A model generated the notes under the pieces. The model was not told where the DNA came from. It did no database searches and saw only the letters and a program-made list of their open reading frames with translations. DNA of 20,000 bases from the IMG/VR virus record IMGVR_UViG_3300042868_002089. One strand, given 5' to 3'. Shown here piece after piece: positions 17,027 to 20,000 of the stretch. The stretch comes from an uncultured virus (IMG/VR IMGVR_UViG_3300042868_002089). Taxonomy: Duplodnaviria > Heunggongvirae > Uroviricota > Caudoviricetes. Numbering within the stretch: the first letter of the stretch is position 1; every line of letters starts with the position of its first letter. The position numbers were made by a program, and so were the translations under genes.

Positions 17027-17099
17027 GTTTCTTCATCATTGCTTCTCCTTGAGGATTAGTCCTCCTTGAAGCCCCGGCTAACCCCCGGGGCTCTTTTTT
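17013..17099 (+). ncRNA. Candidate small RNA with two anti-Shine-Dalgarno (CUCCUU) motifs
   Basis: Lies between a plus-strand promoter and an intrinsic terminator with no plus-strand gene between them; CTCCTT at 17045-50 and 17062-67. The 5' end is estimated from the -10 position. Confidence 0.5.
17070..17099 (+). terminator. Intrinsic terminator (plus strand)
   Basis: Stem AGCCCCGG/CCGGGGCT, 7-nt loop, then CTTTTTT. Confidence 0.8.
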
Positions 17100-17118
17100 A
17101 TTGTGCCGTGTCCAACGT

Positions 17119-17148
17119 TTGACATGAGTCTTTCAAAATTTTTATAGT
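17119..17148 (+). promoter_or_regulatory. Candidate sigma70 promoter for the plus-strand region
   Basis: TTGACA(17119-24)-N18-TATAGT(17143-48). Confidence 0.5.
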
Positions 17149-17446
17149 GGGGTGGGGGTGTTAAGTATCAGGTCTGGGAATTTAAGTATCTAGTTGAGGG
17201 GGTGGGGGTCAAGAATTTTAAAAATTTGATTTGCGGGTGCGAAACAGTGTTTATACGCAGGATTATCGGCGACCCCAATTAGGGGGGCTGGGGGATGGGT
17301 GGGGTCAACACCACGCCAAAACCGAACCCCCGAAACACCCCCATTTTGCACCCCTTCGTAAACTAGAGGTATCGGTTAGGGAATGGTTCTCTAGCCGATT
17401 GGGGACAAGGTGTCCCCGTTCTTTATCTTTCTCAAGGAGAATCAAA

Positions 17447-17872
17447 ATGGCTTTATCTACTCACATCTCTCTCGCACTCGATCACGCCGCAATGTATGAC
17501 GAGTGCATCATCAAGGCACGCAAGGATGCTAAGGACATGACGCACGAGCAAGTGCGTGTTGTGATCCTGCCCATTGTGGCGAGCAAGCCTAAGTACGCTG
17601 TGCCACTCGTTGACGGCAAGGGCAAGGCAAAGGGTACAAAGGTTATGGACAACACCCATGCAAACTACGAGAACGCCAAGCGTGCTGTGACGAGATTATT
17701 GAGTGACATCAAGGGCAAGCAATTGCCTGCATCATCAGGTGCAAGCGAGCCTGTCGTGTTGCCCCGTGGTTTGGTTAGCGGTACAACCAAGAAGATTATT
17801 GACTCAGGCTTGACTCAGGCTCAGTTCAACGAGTTCATTGCTCAGTTGCGTGCTTCTGTTTCTTTTCAATAA
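17447..17872 (+). CDS. Hypothetical early protein (141 aa)
   Basis: RBS AAGGAG before ATG 17447 (MALSTHISLALDH...); the track's N-terminal extension crosses regulatory DNA. Confidence 0.75.
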   Translation: MALSTHISLALDHAAMYDECIIKARKDAKDMTHEQVRVVILPIVASKPKYAVPLVDGKGKAKGTKVMDNTHANYENAKRAVTRLLSDIKGKQLPASSGASEPVVLPRGLVSGTTKKIIDSGLTQAQFNEFIAQLRASVSFQ

Positions 17873-17966
17873 TCTCAACGGGGACAAGTTGTCCCCATTC
17901 TTTCATGGCGGTGCAAGCGTGAGGCTTGCCCGCTGTTTCATTCTTTGTCCAACCTAGGAGTTAATC

Positions 17967-18161
17967 ATGAACTTACCCTCCCCCACACAATTCACACAAG
18001 ATGCTGACCTGACCATACTCATGGTCTTAAACCTGTGGCTTGCACCCATGGAAATCTACGAAGAAGCCATCGAGTGGCTTCACTCACTCTCACTCACGCT
18101 CAGCGCTGAGGACTACCGCTATGTAGAGCAATGCTTCGCCCAACACATCAACTCAATCTAA
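17967..18161 (+). CDS. Hypothetical early protein (64 aa, acidic)
   Basis: RBS AGGAG; ORF track. Confidence 0.7.
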   Translation: MNLPSPTQFTQDADLTILMVLNLWLAPMEIYEEAIEWLHSLSLTLSAEDYRYVEQCFAQHINSI

Positions 18162-18171
18162 GGAGAACCCC

Positions 18172-18351
18172 ATGAAACCCTTCACAGTAATCTCGCACAT
18201 CGTGTGCGCTATCACCCTTGTCACATCCATCATCGTGGGCTTTTGGGGCATGAACGAGTACGGCGTTGCCCCATTGTGGGCATTGCTCACGCTTTTCGGA
18301 TCGTTCTTGTTCGGCACTCAACTCATGCTCATCATCACAGGAGAACAGTAA
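18172..18351 (+). CDS. 59-aa two-helix membrane protein (not in track)
   Basis: My translation: MKPFTVISHIVCAITLVTSIIVGFWGMNEYGVAPLWALLTLFGSFLFGTQLMLIITGEQ*; RBS AAGGAG; TAATG coupling to the next gene. Confidence 0.75.
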   Translation: MKPFTVISHIVCAITLVTSIIVGFWGMNEYGVAPLWALLTLFGSFLFGTQLMLIITGEQ

Positions 18352-18560
18352 TGCGTAACCTCATCCAACCCATCACCAAAGAAGTAGGCATCATCACCAT
18401 CCGTGGGCGTGACTACCATATGCAAACCATCAGCTACGGCTCGCAGCATCAGGTTCATGTGTTCCGCAAGGGCGCATTGCATCTGCGTGGCATGGTCTTC
18501 GAGACACAGCGTGCATACGATCAATGGAAGAACGGGATGCATCAACTTGATTTGTTCTAA
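18351..18560 (+). CDS. Hypothetical early protein (69 aa)
   Basis: ATG 18351 with RBS AGGAG; MRNLIQPITKEVG...GMHQLDLF. Confidence 0.72.
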   Translation: MRNLIQPITKEVGIITIRGRDYHMQTISYGSQHQVHVFRKGALHLRGMVFETQRAYDQWKNGMHQLDLF

Positions 18561-18595
18561 TAAACGGGGACAATTTGTCCCCATTCTCTTTAATC

Positions 18596-18981
18596 TGAGA
18601 TTATTGAAGGTCAGCATATGCCTAAAATACAGATGGCGGAGACTAAAAAGTTTTGCCACTTCTCAAACCACCCCAAACGCCCAGTAAATATGGGCGTTCC
18701 CGAAATTTCTGGCTATCTATCTATCTTTTTATATATATGTATATATATAGAAGTATTTCTGGGGGGGTGTGTATATTTTTCTGAGCGAGCCACCTTCAAT
18801 AATCTTGCAAGCTTTCTCTTTTTTACTTTGGCGTTAGTCGTCTGGAAAAAAGATAGATACCTTGCCACATTTGCGCGGTATACTAGTGTTCATGCGGTCT
18901 CCCGCATGGCACGACAAGTGGCGGATTTTTTTAGTCTTCGCCATCTGTACTTCACTCAACCCCTAACCTTCAATAATCTCA
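18596..18981. other. 386-bp dyad-symmetric locus, putative replication origin
   Basis: Three inverted box pairs all centred on 18788.5, surrounding an (AT)n-rich core at 18731-18749. Confidence 0.55.
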
Positions 18982-19667
18982 TGCACAAATCCTACATTGC
19001 ACTCACACCCAACGCCCTCCATCAAAGATTATTGAAGGAGCGCATACACCCCACAGATATGGTCAGAATAAAAAATGAAGTAGCCCAACTCAAAGAATCA
19101 CAGCGTGTCGACAAGATAACGCGAACTCAGCGCAAGGCTGAGTGGGACAAGCTACTCAAACCGCTACGCTACGAACTCAATAATGCCAAGGTTGGGCGTG
19201 CATATGACCTTGATGACGAGGATCGTGTGCTTGCGTTCGATGCGTACATCTTGGTGATGGAGACATTATTGACGCGCTTTGCCAAGCCAATGAAAGCGCT
19301 TGAGGCTACGCCCATACAACTGGCGCTTGAGAAAGCCTTGCCCAACAACGGCGAGCATTGGACTGATTGGATTCCCGAGAAGATTAAAGAGCGCATAGCG
19401 TTGATGTTCGAACAACTACCCCCAAAGCTACGAGCCAAGCGAAAGGTGCCCTTCCAACGCCTATCCACACCCGAGCAGAACGCCAAGGCAAAGGAACGCC
19501 TGCTCAGGCGCACGCAAAAAGAAATCGAGACGCTCGAAAGAAAGAACACCCTGCACCCAACAGAGGCGCAGACAAACACACTAACCAAAATGAAGGAGGC
19601 AATGAAGATTATTGTGAGGTTGTCAACCAACGAACACATCCCTGCTACATGGGCAGGTGTGCTCTGA
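18981..19667 (+). CDS. Hypothetical helical, basic protein (about 228 aa)
   Basis: Protein-like portion of the 349-aa track ORF from MHKSYIAL onward (GEHWTDWIP, KRKVPF); start uncertain, no clear RBS. Confidence 0.65.
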   Translation: MHKSYIALTPNALHQRLLKERIHPTDMVRIKNEVAQLKESQRVDKITRTQRKAEWDKLLKPLRYELNNAKVGRAYDLDDEDRVLAFDAYILVMETLLTRFAKPMKALEATPIQLALEKALPNNGEHWTDWIPEKIKERIALMFEQLPPKLRAKRKVPFQRLSTPEQNAKAKERLLRRTQKEIETLERKNTLHPTEAQTNTLTKMKEAMKIIVRLSTNEHIPATWAGVL

Positions 19668-19807
19668 CGACCAGTGTCAGCTTTGTTTCGGGGGAATTCC
19701 CATGGGAATTCCCTGCAACGGGGACAGTTTGTCCCCATTGGTGTCGGCGCTTGGGCAATGCCGCGCACCATCCTCATACTGCCTAGGTAAATTCAAGGAG
19801 AAATCAA

Positions 19808-20000
19808 ATGACCAAAGTCAAACACAAAACAAACGTGCAACTCATCAACGATCTGATGTCGCACTCACAGCAAGGCGCTCTCATGCAGGCGTTCATCATC
19901 GAGGCGATATCCAAGTACTCAGAACAAACCAAAGTCTCACCGCCTTGGTCTAACCAAAGCTTCATCAGCGAGGCCGCATGGCGTGCGTGTGCTGACGAGG
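19808..20000 (+). CDS. Hypothetical early protein, partial
   Basis: RBS AAGGAG, ATG 19808: MTKVKHKTNVQLINDLMSHSQQGALMQAFIIEAISKYSEQ...; runs off the window. Confidence 0.75.
   Translation, partial: MTKVKHKTNVQLINDLMSHSQQGALMQAFIIEAISKYSEQTKVSPPWSNQSFISEAAWRACADE

Larger units (their letters stand above)
17401..19736. repeat. Four intergenic 17-bp palindromes GGGGACA-N3-TGTCCCC (17401, 17880, 18566, 19720)
   Basis: Exact arms in all four copies, variable 3-nt centre (AGG, AGT, ATT, GTT), conserved flanks AAC...AWT. Confidence 0.9.

Noticed and set aside
16995..17039. 14-codon minus-strand ORF MMKKLAPLPKRSVH with RBS AAGGAG
   Set aside because: Not called as a CDS: very short, overlaps both promoter elements and lies upstream of the predicted late start site. 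Kept as the alternative to the sRNA hypothesis.
17231..17446. N-terminal extension of the 213-aa ORF
   Set aside because: It runs through G-tracts, a hairpin and the palindrome; a strong RBS supports ATG 17447 instead.
18618..18980. N-terminal 121 aa of the 349-aa ORF, and antisense ORF 18318-18659 sharing FSLRHLYF/LTFNNL
   Set aside because: The shared peptides are a by-product of the DNA inverted repeat; the segment crosses (AT)n and G7 low-complexity DNA and has no RBS. It is more likely non-coding, though the open frame is not formally excluded.
17401..19736. 17-bp palindromic repeats as a CRISPR array or integron attC sites
   Set aside because: Spacing is hundreds of bp and irregular with whole genes between copies; no cas or integrase gene; too short and lacking attC R/L boxes.
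1..20000. tRNA, rRNA, integrase, transposase or defence genes
   Set aside because: No cloverleaf/T-loop signature or matching protein motifs were seen by eye.

Overview
A 20-kb piece of a tailed dsDNA phage genome (Caudoviricetes; portal, adaptor and capsid order is podovirus-like). Bases 1-16951 are a tightly packed minus-strand late/morphogenesis block. In transcription order it encodes: probable small terminase, large terminase, a 56-aa ORF missing from the track, portal, GroES-like co-chaperonin, scaffold, a putative decoration protein, major capsid protein, a cluster of small Lys-rich proteins, adaptor/tail proteins, a free-standing HNH endonuclease and a tail fibre that runs off the left edge. 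From 17447 a divergent plus-strand block of small hypothetical (probably early) genes begins. The most interesting signals are non-coding. (1) A candidate ~88-nt sRNA (about 17013-17099) has its own promoter and intrinsic terminator and carries anti-Shine-Dalgarno seeds complementary to the RBSs of the plus-strand genes. (2) A double-pseudoknot leader abuts the RBS of a stand-alone gene after the capsid gene. (3) A 386-bp exactly mirror-spaced locus (18596-18981) looks like an origin. (4) A 17-bp palindrome (4 copies) and a 10-mer (7 copies) were seen only in the plus-strand region. Protein calls rest on motif recognition and gene order only; no searches were run.
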